A DNA stretch of 64,000 nt from Podarcis pityusensis. Lineage: Eukaryota. The position numbers and the translations under genes are program-made. Below, one piece after another: positions 34,716 through 48,272 of the stretch (position 1 is the stretch's first letter; every line of letters starts with the position of its first letter). Location of the stretch: the NCBI GenBank assembly GCA_964106645.2, contig OZ067039.1. One strand, written 5' to 3'. The notes beneath the pieces are model-generated. The model worked only from the letters and a program-made list of their open reading frames with translations, was not told the DNA's origin and ran no database searches.

Positions 34716-36232
34716 GCACTTAGTATCACAGTTGGGCATGAGGCATTACTATTAACTAGTTGAATTAATATAAAAGCTCCCAGAACCTTGTTTGTGATAG
34801 GTTCTTGCATCAGGACAGCTCAGCTAAGGTTGCATATAAAAAACATAGTCAAAATGTTATGCGCTTGATCAGGTTTGGTTCTCTGCAAAAGAAACTGATG
34901 ATACTTGTGCACCTCTGTGAGGTGGGCTTTTACTTAGATAAGTCATCCAAGTAATAATGACTGAGGGTTAAACACGGTTGGTCATGATGACAGTCTAGCA
35001 CAGATCTCAGCAGAATGAATAGCAAGTAACCATTAATCAAGATTAGGTGCTCTTCTTAAAAGAGAAGGGGAATCTGGGTAGAAGTAGCTCCTTTCACAAT
35101 ACTAAGAGAAAAGGCTAAGCCAGACTCTGTGATACTTACATTTGATCTTGGTGAAGCTTGTATAAAATTCCAGTCTTACATTTAAACTGGTACACTAAAT
35201 GTACTTAAATATAGGGCATGTCTACACTACAGATTGGAGCCAGATTTTTTCAAACTGATCCATCTGTTTCCACCACCCTGCCAAGGTAACCTAAGAACAT
35301 TGCTTGGGGATCCTCATTGCTTCATAGAATCACATTGCCTAATGCCTTAAGCCCCTTTAAAAACTATGGTGTAAATATGTGCATAACCTAGCGCCACATC
35401 CCTACTAATCTGCCTGATAACATTCTACCTTTTTATCTATCTAATATCTTTCTGTGGTAGAACAAAATGTAGGTTACAGTAAGCACATATACGTGAACTG
35501 CCCTGAAATCTTTGGATGAAGGGTGGTATACAAATTTAATACACAAATAAAATAAATATAGCCTCTTTGCCAGTGCTTTTTTCTTAGGGTGTTTGCTCCT
35601 AGGGCTTCTGATTGAAGATCTTCAAACCCACTAGCCACCCTGAATTTCATTTAGGTGAGATACATTGCTGAGAAGCAAGCGCAAAGAGCACCTGTATTAT
35701 ATTTAAGGGTTTTCTTGCTGTCAACTTCTTTTGCCAAACTGCTTCTTAAATTGTTTTCAGTTTTTAAAAAGTAGTCCAGGGGACATTGCATCAGTTGTAC
35801 ATTTGTGTGTGCATGTGAATTTCTCTCTTTCAGCAGTTCCCGTGCCAAGCCAGTCAGACCATTTTTTTTAAATTCAGAAGTTATAAATCAGTTTAAAGAG
35901 AGAGAGGCAAGCGTTCCAAGTGTGTTAGTAAAAGCCCTCCTTCTGTCCCTCTTGTGTTTAGAGTGTTTCCAGAGGGATATGCACATCTCTGTCTCTGTGG
36001 CAGCTAGAAGTTCTTGTTAGAATAAATTCTAGGATTTGTGGGAATGTGCAGTGTTAACATTTAAGGACATAAGAAGAGCCTGCTAGATTCTGTTCTCGCA
36101 GTGGCCAACCAGATTCATATGGGAAGTCCTCAAGCAGGGCATGGGTGCAACTTCCCAAGGCCCCAGTTTTGTGGTAGATGTTGCAATTGCAGACATATGG
36201 TGAATTAGTGCTTTGGCTACAGAGCATAATGA

Positions 36233-36673
<441 letters not shown>

Positions 36674-37551
36674 TAGCTCACGAACAAGAGAGCCCCCCCC
36701 ACCCACAAAGCTTATCTCTGTGTTGAGAAAACTAGCATGTGAAGCAGCTCTTACACTTCAGTGGAACTTGCAGGCCCAATATTAATGATATGGGATCTCG
36801 GGACATATTGTGATTATTAGTTATCTGTGAAAAGATCCCAGGATCTAGTTAAATCCACTGTTGCAGCTGTGTTGGAAATCATCCTGTCTTCTCTTAGACC
36901 TTCCCTTTGTGAATTTGATTGAAAGCTTCAGCCCCACAGCTGCTAATGGCATCTGGATGCTAAAAACCTTCTCTGGTCACTTGCTGCTTTCCATGGTATA
37001 AGCCTGCAGCCTTCCAGATGTTGTCAGACTCCAGTTCCCACCTTGCTGGTCAGGAGTTTGAATCCAGCACAGTTTGGAGTGCCATTCCTGGTATAGGATC
37101 TGCTAATGGCCAAATGAAAGTAATTGTCCATAGAACATGAGGAGCGGGCAAGGCTGAGAAACCCCTTTGTATGAAAAAGCTGAAGGGAGGCAGGATAGGA
37201 TGATGTCGTTGACCGTGTTCACTCTTAGTTCTGCTGCCTACCTAATTTGCAAATATTCTGGAGATGAAGGTTATAAGTTTCAGTTCCTCCTAAACTGGGG
37301 GAAAATAGCAGGCCCAATTAAATGCATCTCTGCCGAGAGGAGGAAGCTGAGCAGCAAGGCAGGGGTCAGTAGGTACAGCTTCCATTTTGGCTGGGCCTGA
37401 TTCAGGGCCAAACAAGACGTGCGTTTTTGTTCAGTCTGTGCCTGCCCATTTGCCTGTAACGTGCAGGTGTGGGGAGAGCCATGTTTTATGTCAGGGTGGG
37501 CACACAAGGAAGGGAATCAAGGGCTACTCCATCCACCCTTTTCCTTTTTGT

Positions 37552-37810
37552 TTTATTATAATTATAATTTTTTATTATTTATTGAATTTATATACCGCCC
37601 TATATCCGGAGGTCTCAGGGTGGTTCACAAAACAAAATAAAAATAAAAAACCACAAAACACATTAGCAAAATAAAAACAACAACCCAATAAACACACCCC
37701 AACGAAACAAAAAAATACCACATTTTAAAAGGGCATAGGATGTCAATCAAACCAACCAAAGCCTTGGTTAAAAAGGAACATTTTTGCCTTGCGCCTAAAG
37801 GTGTATAATG
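37552..37810 (-). mobile_element. L2-type LINE 3' end, minus strand
   Basis: (TTA)-rich tail, then ATTTATATACCGCCCT...TCAGGGTGGTTCACA and AAAGCCTTGGTTAAAAAGGAACATTTTTGCCTTGCGCCTAAAG. Confidence 0.6.
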
Positions 37811-38596
37811 CTGCTTTGAGATTATTTCCCCCCAAACCAGTTCCAGTATTGGAAGTAGAGTGGGCTAAAGGGAAAGGAGATTAAGGTGACCTAAGTGTGG
37901 CAAGGTAAAGAAGGGGAAAGTTTTGTTCCCCTCTCCTGTCAACTCATTTTTGATACTCAGAAAGTAGATTTCAGCCCCACCTGAGCAATAAGCAGTCAAG
38001 GACCTGATTAAAAAGCACAGGCATGTCTGGCTTGCCCTTTAGTGGGCTCAAGCTATGAGTGAGGAAGAGCTCATGTTGCTCTCCTTGCCTGTGGAATAGG
38101 CTTAGCTGTATCCAAGGGCCACATTCCCTTTTGGGCAGCCTTCCAGGGACCACATGCTGATGGTGGGTGAAGCCAGAGGCCAAAGTGAGCAAAGCAGTGG
38201 ATGTGAATTTTATCGTGCAATAGGCTCCTTTCTACAGATGCTTGCACACACCCACACCCTCTGCCTTCCATCCAGGCAAGCAAGAGGTATTACCAGAGCC
38301 CAAGGACCTATTCCAGTCAGGCAAGTGGGGCCAGGGAGGTGAGTGTGGTCTGGGGAGGGTCCCGCAGGTCAGAGAGGAGTACATTTGCCCCCCAACCCTG
38401 AGGTTCCCCTGTATGACATGTGTTCTCTCTCTCTCTCCCCTGCCCACCTATTTTTGTTTCTGGTTAAACTGAGAAGGCTTAAACCAGTAACCCCGCAGGG
38501 AGCCCAATTTCACAGCGAATGGTATCATTTCTCTCTCCTAAACCCATGCAGACACGACCCCTAATAACTCCTCGCTTTGTCCCCTCCCCTCCACAG

Positions 38597-38722
38597 GTGG
38601 AAGCTCCCTTTATACCAAAGTGCAAAGGCCCCGGCGACACAAGTAACTTTGACGACTACGAGGAAGAGGAGATCCGGGTGTCCATCAGTGAGAAGTGCGC
38701 CAAGGAGTTTGCAGAATTTTAG
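38597..38722 (+). CDS. PRKACA: PRKACA exon 10, coding part (FDDY motif, turn-motif Ser, C-terminal FAEF)
   Basis: cacag|GTGGAA...TTTTAG stop; 126 nt; exons 2-10 sum to 1010 nt. Confidence 0.97.
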   Translation: MEAPFIPKCKGPGDTSNFDDYEEEEIRVSISEKCAKEFAEF

Positions 38723-39677
38723 GGCCAGTCCCCCTTGCTTTGTGTGCCCAGGAAAAGGAAGGGCTGGATTTGATCAGCCCCAAGGGCCAGAGTTCCTTGC
38801 CTATATGTTAATTTGGGGAGGTGGGAGAGTGTTGGGGTTCACCTGAATCTGTTTGGGCAGAAGAGAGAAAAGGGGAGTTCATTTTGAAGCTGTGGAAAAG
38901 GCAGCAGTTGGAGTGCCATCCATCCACCTCCCACTGAAAGCTGTAAGGTGGCTCCCAGCCACTCTCAGGCAGGTTTTAAACAAATTCCCTTCCTCCTCAT
39001 ATTGACTCCAACCCCCCTCCCCACCACTACCACACACAAACCCTAATTGGACAGTCCCTGGTTTATTGGTGGCTTTATTTTATTATTTTTTTTAGGGGAA
39101 AGGGGATATATTTGCCATTCATCACCCCCTATGAAAGGTCTGGTTCATGGGGCATTGCAAGAATTTCTGGAAGGGGGGTTAGGGCAAGAAATAACCACAT
39201 CCACACAGCACTTTGGTGTTTAGACCAGCACTGAACAGGTTAATGGCCCCACCCTCTCGCCTTCCCCTATGGGACAACTCCTGTCCTTTTATCAGTTTCC
39301 CCCCCTTTCCAGGCCCCTTTTATTATCTTTAAATAAAAAGTTTAAAGAAATAGTTGACTGGCTTTATAAAAAGGGTTTTAAAAGTCTAGGCAGGGCACAG
39401 TGCTTTTTTATACGCTCTGTCTCCCGCACCGTTAAATTAAATTCAACCGGAATTTTAACTCTGTAAAAACAACTGAGTTTTAGCATGAAGAATTTGTGTG
39501 TGTTTTTTGGATAGAAAAACACTTTATTTCCAATCTTTGTCTCCCTATTTTGGGGGAAAGAAGGGGGCAATAGTTTTCACACCTGTAGGAGGGAGCAGTG
39601 ACTGGTTGCCAGCTGGCAAAGGCATACTGAGAGAAAGAAGCTTGTCTCAATTTGTCTTTCTTAAATGTGCACACACC

Positions 39678-39680
<3 letters not shown>

Positions 39681-39730
<50 letters not shown>
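39681..39730. repeat. (TC)25 microsatellite in the PRKACA 3'UTR
   Basis: Direct reading. Confidence 0.95.
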
Positions 39731-39736
<6 letters not shown>

Positions 39737-40781
39737 CCCCTCCCCTAGTCTCCCCATCACCACCACCCTCCAATCCAAATGTCCCAACATGAGTTTCCCC
39801 ACTTCAGGCAACTCTTGGAGCATCTGTCTGAACGGAAGAGAAACAAGCAGGATCTAGTCCACCCTGTGAAACATCAGATAGACTCTAGCTAGTTGCCATG
39901 GTTCAAAGGGGCTTCTCCCATTTGGTGAGCCATCAGGGTGGGAGAAAGTCCATGTAGATAGAGCTTGACCGTCGCAGGCAAAATGCATTGGCTGCTGGGA
40001 TCCTACCCTTCCCAACTCAAACCTCCGACATCTGTTTTTGTAATACAAGGATGTTTCCAGTCTGTTGGTGGAAACTCCATCGCACCGGTCCTTAAGGGCT
40101 CCATCAGTCTGCTATGTGGGTTTTTTTTTATGTTAAGACGCTAAGGAGGGAGTGGAAAATGTAAATCCCGGTGTAAACGGAGGTGGGGTAGGGGCTTAGA
40201 AACGAAAGTGTTGGGAAGGCCCATTCCATTTTGACCTGCAGTTCTGACAGGGAATGAGAGGTGGCATCTGTTTTATTAGAGTCTTTTCTCATGGATGCGG
40301 AGGGAGCTGTGACTCAAAGATGAGGAGGGGGAGCCCATTTCTCTCCATTTAATTTGTTCCGACTCTTTCCTCCCCCTCCCTTTCCAATGCAATGCCTCTT
40401 TGTGTTCTGTCTTCACCTACCCCACTCCAAACACACTATATTCACCAGTTTAGTTTTCTTTTGTTTTCTTTCTGTGGCTGGGGAGCAAAGCAGTCTTCTT
40501 TAGATTGATAGATGACATATAACACATACAGAAGCGCTGTCAGGAGCAGGCAAGCTTTGCTTGCCCCTCCAACTCCTCGTCGTCCTCTTCCCACCAATAG
40601 CTCATTGGCCTCTTCTATGTTGGGTTGGGGAGACAGCGGGAGTTAAAATACCCACCAGCTCCCTGCCTCAGAAAAAAACACTTCTATGTAATCCAACAAA
40701 ACTTGTTTCACTGAGAAAAAAACAAACCCTACTTCCTCTTTAACAGTGTGCTTTGTTGTAAACATATTTGAAACTATTACC

Positions 40782-40787
40782 AATAAA
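40782..40787 (+). terminator. PRKACA polyadenylation signal AATAAA
   Basis: Context TGTTGTAAACATATTTGAAACTATTACC-AATAAA-GTTTTGTTT, with upstream TGTA and downstream T-rich tract. Confidence 0.75.
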
Positions 40788-41330
40788 GTTTTGTTTAAAA
40801 AAACCCTGAACTTTTATTTCTGAAGCATGACTTAAGACAGGGTGGTGTGGAGAAGAGGAAAAAGCAAGGGGCTGTGATGACATTGAGACGTTTGAACGCT
40901 AATACAGGAGACAGTACTTGGGCCTAAATGATGGCACTGGATGGGAAGTTATGGAATATATCTTCTTAGAGAGCAGTATGTGTGCTCACATTTGCCACTG
41001 ACACAGTGAGATTCTTTACCTACGGTTTAATTGCCATGCCTGAAGGTACATAGATTGAGGGCATTGTCTGTCCTGATCAACTTTAAGGAGGTCAGCTAAC
41101 AAAATGGATTAGCTAGTTTTAACTTACTAGCCAATCAATAATGCAATAGCAATATAAGTGATATTTTGAGTCTATTTAATTTTTAGTTTGTGGGAATTCT
41201 GCTAGCATCTTAAAGATAGAAAGTTAAGATTATCAAATAGCTGTGAAAATGGGATCATGTGTCTGTTACCTAAAGTTTACACCAGCATTCCACAATTGCC
41301 AGATTCACTGGACCTGTGTGTTAATATATA

Positions 41331-41343
41331 TAGATAGATAGAT

Positions 41344-41387
<44 letters not shown>
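41331..41387. repeat. (GATA)n microsatellite
   Basis: Direct reading; one internal GAT interruption. Confidence 0.95.
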
Positions 41388-43799
41388 TGTAGCCATAGAA
41401 TGTGGATATTCATAGAAAGCTCCTACCCTGCTGATTACAAAAGAATACACTATTTGTATATGAAATAAATGTCACATGTTGAGTTACGTAATGAACTATA
41501 GTGTTGTACAAAGTCCATCCATTCAAGGCCATTGAAAGTTGGGCAGACAAAATATAAACCACTTCAATGGTACACAGACATCCCCGTTCTTGTAAGAGAT
41601 CAACCATTATCAACAGTCTATGAGAAAACTAATTGTATTAATCTCCAGAGGTACTGCAAGGTCTCTGGACATTTGTGTTTTGCTTTTGGGGTCTCTGCTT
41701 ATGGCCATAGTTAAAACAACTTTTTCAGCAAGATGTATGGCAACTGTAATTGGCTATGATGTCACTCTTTTCTTTAATCTAAATTTTGCTTTTTCTATGT
41801 ACATATTTTTAGGCTTGGCTTGAAAAAGTGACAGCCTACCAGTAGCTTGTGGCACATTACAAACTAACTTATTTGTGTTGCATTAGCTAGCTAGGATGCT
41901 AGAGCAGTTTTTCATGCTGCTACAAGACTCCTTTCTTGTTCTAGTTCGACTGAAGTTGGCTTCTAAAGAGATGTCTGCTCAAGTGAAGTGATGGAATGAG
42001 GTGCACTGGAAAACTAGGGTGAACTGTTCTAAAAGTGAATGGGTCATTCTGAGAATAACAAGCATTAGGGACTGAACAGCAAAGGGATGCAACTTGATTT
42101 GAAGCATGCTAGCTGCTTTCCCAGTTCATATAGAGGTAAGACTTCTTGGAGATGAAAACAGCTATGAGATCCTTTTTGGTTCCTTTTTTAATTTTCTTAG
42201 CTAAACCCAGATACACTGTAGTTTGTTCATTTCACATTCCCCCAATGTTGACGACAGTTTGGAAGAGGAATTCCACTTTCTCCTCCGGTTAATAGCTGTG
42301 GTATTACTTTCAAAAACTGCAAAATCTTTTTGACCAGAGATGGCAGTGGGACGAAAATGTGTGTGTGTACACATGGGAACTGAAGCCCTTCTCAAACCAC
42401 TTTTCATCTCTCAAAGGTACCTGTCTCCCTCTTAAATTGCCTTCTGATACCCTATCTGGTCCCCATTGTTTGAGCACTTTTTTCTCTTCATGATGTGGTC
42501 AGGCAAGGAGGCCACATCTGGTGATGAGCAAAGTCTTGCTCAGGAGGGTAGCACTTGGTTAACAGTGATCCCCAGCGTTCTGAAGCTAACAGGGTGCAGA
42601 AGTTGTAGGCCAGTGAGCCTGCCTACAATTCTTGCAGCTTCTCGGAGCAGTCTGACACCATGCGGCCTCTCAATAGGTCCACATACAACTCATGGCTGCT
42701 ATGCAAGAAAGTTGGTACAAAAGACACTATAACACTAGAGAATGTTGAAAACCCAGAAGCACAAAGTTAAATCTCTCAAACACAGGCTTGTTAACGCAAC
42801 TTGCCCCTTTTCCTGTCACGTAAGACAGGCTCCGTTGCCCTATGTAAGGAATCATACCCCAATTTCAATGTATCAGCTGTTTAGGTATCTTCAAGTTGGA
42901 TTAATCTGTATGTGTGCAGTCTTCAGGCCATTTGACTTGCATAATATCCTTTTTACATAAGATTTAGATAACTGATGTGTATATATGTTAAAGTTGTATA
43001 CTCAAGAGGAATGCTACATTTGGCATACTCTTGTCTCTGTTCAGGATGCCTGGAAACCTTGCATTTGCTTGCCAGCAAATACTGGAATTCTTGAACCTTG
43101 GTGTTTTAAGGAAAACCACAAATGAGAGATGTTAAGAGTAACAAAAATGCTACTGCAATTTTTCAAGGCGGTTGCTCTTGAAATCTCTCTGGAGGGCACA
43201 AATGCTTCGGTTTGGAAAAGATCATTCGTTTGACACACTGGGAGTTTTAAAGTAAAACAAGTGGACTGGTAGTTTCAAAACATACTGAAAGCTACAGTGC
43301 TTTATTCCCACCTCTGGAAAGGAGGAGGGCTTGAAAAAGAGATAGCATGAAGGCAGTTCATTCCTGACCACTTCCTCTCACTGACTCAGCTTGTGAACAT
43401 GGGCATATTGCTTCCCTTTCCAGTGCCTCTTTCCCATCAGTAACGGGGGTGGATCAAAGCCACTGCTTCCCACAGTCCACATCACTGCTTAATCGTGCTA
43501 CCTGTGCCATAACTGGAAAAACTATGATTTGAGGTGGACTGGAAATTCTCACAGGATTAGCATTGGGGAAAGTATTGAGTTAAACAGGTACAGCCTATGA
43601 AGACACAAAACCCTGTTATTCTGCCCTAATTGCAATATGTGGGAACTGGGAATATAACTCATGAAAGCTACCCACTTGATCTTAACATATCCTTATCAGC
43701 TGTCCTCAACTTATAGAAGTAGTCCATAGCGCAATGTTAAAACTCATGGTAACTTAGCATGGCTGTTCAATTTATACTATCCATTTTGCTTTTGGGGCC

Positions 43800-43960
43800 A
43801 TAGAAAGCTACCTGATTCTGAGTCAGATCACTGGTCCATCCAGCTTAGTCTGCACTGGCTGGCAGTGGCTCTCGGGTTTTTGATGCAAGGTTTCCCCCCA
43901 GTCCTACCTTAAGCCACCAAGGATTGCATCTGGGACCTACATACAAAGCAGATGCTTTTG
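43800..43960 (-). mobile_element. tRNA-derived squamate SINE (Squam3-like), minus strand
   Basis: TAGAAAGCTACCT...GAGTCAGATCACTGGTCCATCCAGCT...CTGGCAGTGGCTCT...GGGACCT...AAAGCAGATGCT, reverse complement of the family at 19508. Confidence 0.65.
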
Positions 43961-45839
43961 TTCTCCCCCAGAATCAACAAGGAAGGGATTCTGTTCTGTA
44001 GGATCCCTTATTCACTTTCCCCCTCTTCTTGCTCCTGCCCCAGGCATAAAGCAGATCACTACTGTATTTCTCTTATGATGGTCAGTGTACTTCAGGAACT
44101 CATCTACTATATAGTTCAGTAGGTTGCTGCACTCTGCATAGACATTCAACGCATCTCTCACCGAGAACCGAGCCTGCTCCTATTTACGTAGCCTCTGTAT
44201 TCTAATTCTTGGCCATGCTATTGTAATGTGTTGTTGGAAATATATATAGAAGTTGGAGCTGCAATAATATGATGCACTGCTGAGTGCTGCTATTAAAGAT
44301 TCCAACCACTCCCTCCCTCAAACCAGTTAGTCAGTCTCTGGCTCCTGAGCATGCTGTTCTCATTGGTCTGCTTTGAGATTTCCTTCCATTGGCTTTTTTC
44401 CACCATTTTTTTGTATTGCTACAAATCCTGGGGTTCCCCTATGCCTGGTAGTAGCTCCCCTTTTGTGCAAGGACCTACAGCTTGAAAGTGGAGCAGCATC
44501 TGTGTACACAACATTTTGCAGCACTGCCCTTCCTCTGCAAGCTAGCACTACCCAAGGGGTGGTAGTAGCTTAGCTGCAGAGTGACTGTGATGAAGATTGG
44601 TCTAGCTTGGTCAGGACTTGAGTAATTAGCAGGTAGAGAAGATGGACAATAGCACTGACTTCAACCAGACATAGCTTAAGTTGGTGGTGCTGATGTGCAC
44701 TGCTGACTTTTACGTGAACAATAACTACCACACTGTATTTACTATGGATATGCCTTAGTGCAATACGTGTTCACAAATAAATGAAGAGTGTGGTGTGCTA
44801 GCCTTTGGCATCTTGTGAAAATTTCACAGCTCTACAGTACATCAGTATGGAGAAAATATACTCAAGGCCTCAGTCACTCTACTGCAGATTTCCTGTCTCA
44901 TCTCTTTGAAATTCAATAGTCAATATTCCTAGCATTGCTTAGATTCTGACTTCTGGGGCTGCGGGGGGGGGGGGGAATCCAACTGTTACAATTAATTGCT
45001 TAACCATAATAGAAACAGGTACAAGCTTCCCCTTTCTGATCCTACTTATCCTTTTAAACTATGTTTTAGCAGCTTATGTTTTGTTATGTCATCGCATCAT
45101 AAACTCTGGGGTCCTGGCCAAAAAGAAGAGTACAGTAATCAAAATGCAACATATTGTGAAATCTAAGGGCCTCCTTTCTAACATTTCTAGTGTATGAGAA
45201 CAAGAGTCGGAGGAGGGTACCCAAGACTGTGAGAGTTTACAGGACATCCTAGTGTGACCAGAGGCCAACTGGTTGTGACAACTGCAAGAGTTCAGTTCAG
45301 TCTGACTTCTGCGTATTTACTTGGATGCAAGTCTCACTATGCTCAGTGGAGCTTGCTTCTCTGTGCACAGAACTGAAACCTTAATGGTGTAGCCTAGGGC
45401 TGCAAAAGCAAATGTCATAGGAAGTGAAGGAGTGGTGGCTGGGAGGGACATTTTTCCTCTCTTTACAGCCGCCTTTAAAAAAAACACACAAAGCAAAACA
45501 TAGTGGTTCTGATCTCCTTCCATATTTGAGCGCTCACATTTATCTGCTGTAGTCAGGAAATACAAGTGTACAGGGGCAGGCAGGACAAACCTTCAGCGAT
45601 CGGGTTTAAGCAAGGGCGTGGACGCTGACCGCTGTAGTTTTGACTGAATAAATGTGGACTAGGAGGAGGTCAGGTTCGTAAATTGGGCAAATGAAGACGG
45701 GCGTTTGAGAGGAAAGCTAAGCGTTGCAGGCTGAGAGGAAAACTTCTATTCCACTTTCCGCTGAAATCCGCCGCTGAAACTCCTGCTGCTATAAATGGAA
45801 CAGCCAGCGAGTGTTTTGTTTTTTTTTAAAAAAAGAATT

Positions 45840-47600
45840 ATGTAGTCGCCGGATTCCTGCTGTTGACTTCTGCCTGAGGCGGCCAGAGAGCGCCCTTTCC
45901 AGCCGGCGCGGCCGCTAAGGGGACGCCGCGAATTCTCCTGCTCCACCTTAAGCCGCCAAGTGTAGGGAGGCTACGGGAGGCAACAGCGCCTCCTTAAGCG
46001 GCTGCGGGTCCCGCTCGGGCGGTGGTGGAGGCGGCGGCGCGTGCGGCTGGGGGAAGGGGAGGGAGGAGCTCGCGCTGCCCGGACCAGCCCGCGCGCCGCC
46101 GCTTCCAGCAGCAGCAGCGCCTGCCGGGCGGAGGGTCTAGTTGGCGCCGCGCGGGCAAGAGCTGAGGCCAAGGCGGAGCGGCGCACGGGGGCAGCGAAGC
46201 CCCGGGGGAGGCGGCAACACCATGGCCGGGCCCCCGCCGCCGCCCCCGGGCCAGGAGGCGCCGCGCTACCAGGAGTGGATCTTGGACACCATCGACTCGC
46301 TGCGCTCGCGCAAGGCGCGCCCGGACCTGGAGCGCATCTGCCGCATGGTGCGCCGGCGGCACGGCCCGGAGCCGGAGCGCACCCGCGCCGAGCTGGAGAA
46401 GCTCATCCAGCAGCGCGCCGTGCTCCGCGTCAGCTACAAGGGAAGCATCTCGTACCGCAACGCTGCGCGGGTCCAGCCGCCTCGGCGAGGCGGAACGCCC
46501 GCCGCCAGCCCCGCGGCCCCGCAGCGGCCGGCCCGCACTTCCCCGCCCAGCGCTCCCGCCGCCGCCGCCGCCACCGCGACGCCCCGGTCCTCCCAGCGTG
46601 CAGCGCCCCGCGCGGAGCCAGCCGCGCCGCCGCCGCCACCTCCGCCGCCGCCGCCGCCGCCGCAGCCGCCGCCTCCTCGTCGGACCGGCCGGGAGCGACC
46701 GCCGCCGCCTGCCCCCGCCCCGGAGGAGCCCTCCCCCGTCAGCCTGCGAGAGATTGTGCGCTACTTGGGCGGCGACGGCGCCGCGCCGGGGGGCGGCCGA
46801 GTGACTCGAGGCCGAGCGCAGGGGCTGCTCCAAGAGGAGCGGCTGGAGAGGACCCGCTTGGGTGGCGGCGGGGGCGGGGGCGGCAGCGGCAACAGCGTCG
46901 CCTTGCCCAGGGCGGAGAGAGGCGCGCAGGCCCGGGCGCCCAGCGCCAGGGCTTACAGGAACAAGGTGAGGGGCTGCCGCGGCGCGCGCGGGGGGAGGGG
47001 TGGGGGCGGGGCGGCGGGGGCGCACGGGCTGAGGGGAACAGGTGAGCTTCCCCAGGACGGAAACGGACCTAGCGGAGGAGTGCGCGCGCAGGGGGCGCCC
47101 GAATACTGGGCGCGGGGGGGGGGGAGCGGAGGGGCGGGCGCCGGAGAGGAGCCGCTTTCGGGGAGGGCAGACGGCGCCCAGCCCCCCGAATGTTGTCAGC
47201 GGGCGCTCGCGCAGGTGTGCGTGTGTCTGGGAGGAAGAGTTATGGGCAGCGCCCAATCAAATCGCTTTGGCACGGGAGGGGGCGCCACGATTGGTGCCTG
47301 GGCTTCGACGGGGCGACATTCTCCCGTGCAGTTCCGAAGTATTGTGGGAAGGTGAGCGGAAAGGCCGCCGCTGGATGGCACAACTCCGCCTGGTCCGCGG
47401 GGAACTTGCGGGGCCGAGTTGGGGAGCGGGTAAGAACCACCCCCGGGCGTGCGGAGGGGCTCCGCTCACCTGCGCGCGTGGCCCTCCGGTGACATTTGTG
47501 CGGCGTTGAGGATGCACGACGGGCCCTGGACAGTGGCCCCTTCTCCGACCTCGGCCCCCCCCCCCGCCAAACTCAGGCCGTGCCAGGCTCCGTATAAACA
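45840..47600. promoter_or_regulatory. CpG island covering SAMD1 promoter, exon 1 and start of intron 1
   Basis: Very high GC and CpG density compared with the rest of the window. Confidence 0.92.
46222..46965 (+). CDS. SAMD1: SAMD1 exon 1 (N-terminal winged-helix CpG-binding domain, Pro/Ala-rich region)
   Basis: accATGG Kozak; YQEWILDTIDSLRSRKARPDLERICRMVRRRHGPEPERTRAELEKLIQQRAVLRVSYKGSISYRNAARVQPPRRG is diagnostic of SAMD1; donor AAG|gtgagg; 744 nt, phase 0. Confidence 0.95.
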
Positions 47601-48055
47601 CAGAACAAAGAGTCAGTTTGTGCTTGACCTAAAGGGTTCTGTAACCTCCAATAAGGTCGGGAGGTGGTGGGAGTAGTAAGGCAGCGAATGCAAACGGGGA
47701 GCGGAGGGGGGAGCAGAAAAGGAGAAATCATGTGGTGCTGGTCAGGAGGGTGACCAGCTCTGGAATGTAACCCAATCCAGTAAGGATCAGAGCAATTATC
47801 AAGGGTAGAATACAATTACAGTCCAGTAAAAAGAAGCCCCTTTTGGTTCTCTCTTATTTTTGGCAAGTTTTCTGTTACAAGGATGGCAATAGATTTCCAT
47901 AAATCTAGGTGGATCCGCCCAACAAAGCCAAGTGGAGGGATGGTGTGGCTGAAGTTTGATTCCATCTCTTCTTGGATTAGAAGGCTCCTGCTGTGTTTCA
48001 AAGAGCCTCTGAGCATTTTGCGGTAGTATTGGAGCAACACCACTGGTTTCAAGTA

Positions 48056-48272
48056 CAGTGGTACCTCGGGTTAAGTACTTAATTCGTTCCGGAGGTCCGT
48101 ACTTAACTTGAAACTGTTCTTAACCTGAAGCACCACTTTAGTTAATGGGGCCTGCTGCGCCGCCGGAGCACAATTTCTGTTCTCATCCTGAAGCAAAGTT
48201 CTTAACCTGAAGCACTATTTCTGGGTTAGCGGAGTCTGTAACCTGAAGCGTATGTAACCCGAGGTACCACTG
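48056..48272. mobile_element. Intact Tigger-type MITE (217 bp) in SAMD1 intron 1
   Basis: Perfect 18-bp TIRs CAGTGGTACCTCGGGTTA / TAACCCGAGGTACCACTG; TA at 48054-48055 and 48273-48274. Confidence 0.92.

Larger units (their letters stand above)
38723..40805 (+). other. PRKACA: PRKACA 3'UTR (about 2.1 kb)
   Basis: From stop codon to just past AATAAA 40782; no obvious interspersed repeat; cleavage site estimated. Confidence 0.65.

Noticed and set aside
34542-34810. Poly-Leu / poly-Ser ORFs
   Set aside because: Produced by the (TAC)n/(TAT)n microsatellite.
39480-39857. ER- and SL-repeat ORFs
   Set aside because: Produced by the (TC)25 microsatellite in the 3'UTR.
45994-47256. 420-aa antisense ORF and 334-aa alternative-frame ORF over SAMD1 exon 1
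   Set aside because: Expected stop-codon scarcity in a very GC-rich island; non-ATG starts, low-complexity Arg/Ala/Pro/Gly content, no recognisable domain.
46141-47355. 404-aa single-exon SAMD1 form (TTG start, intron read-through lacking SAM domain)
   Set aside because: Real start is the Kozak ATG at 46222 and a good donor exists at 46965; the read-through is explained by GC content and has no independent support.
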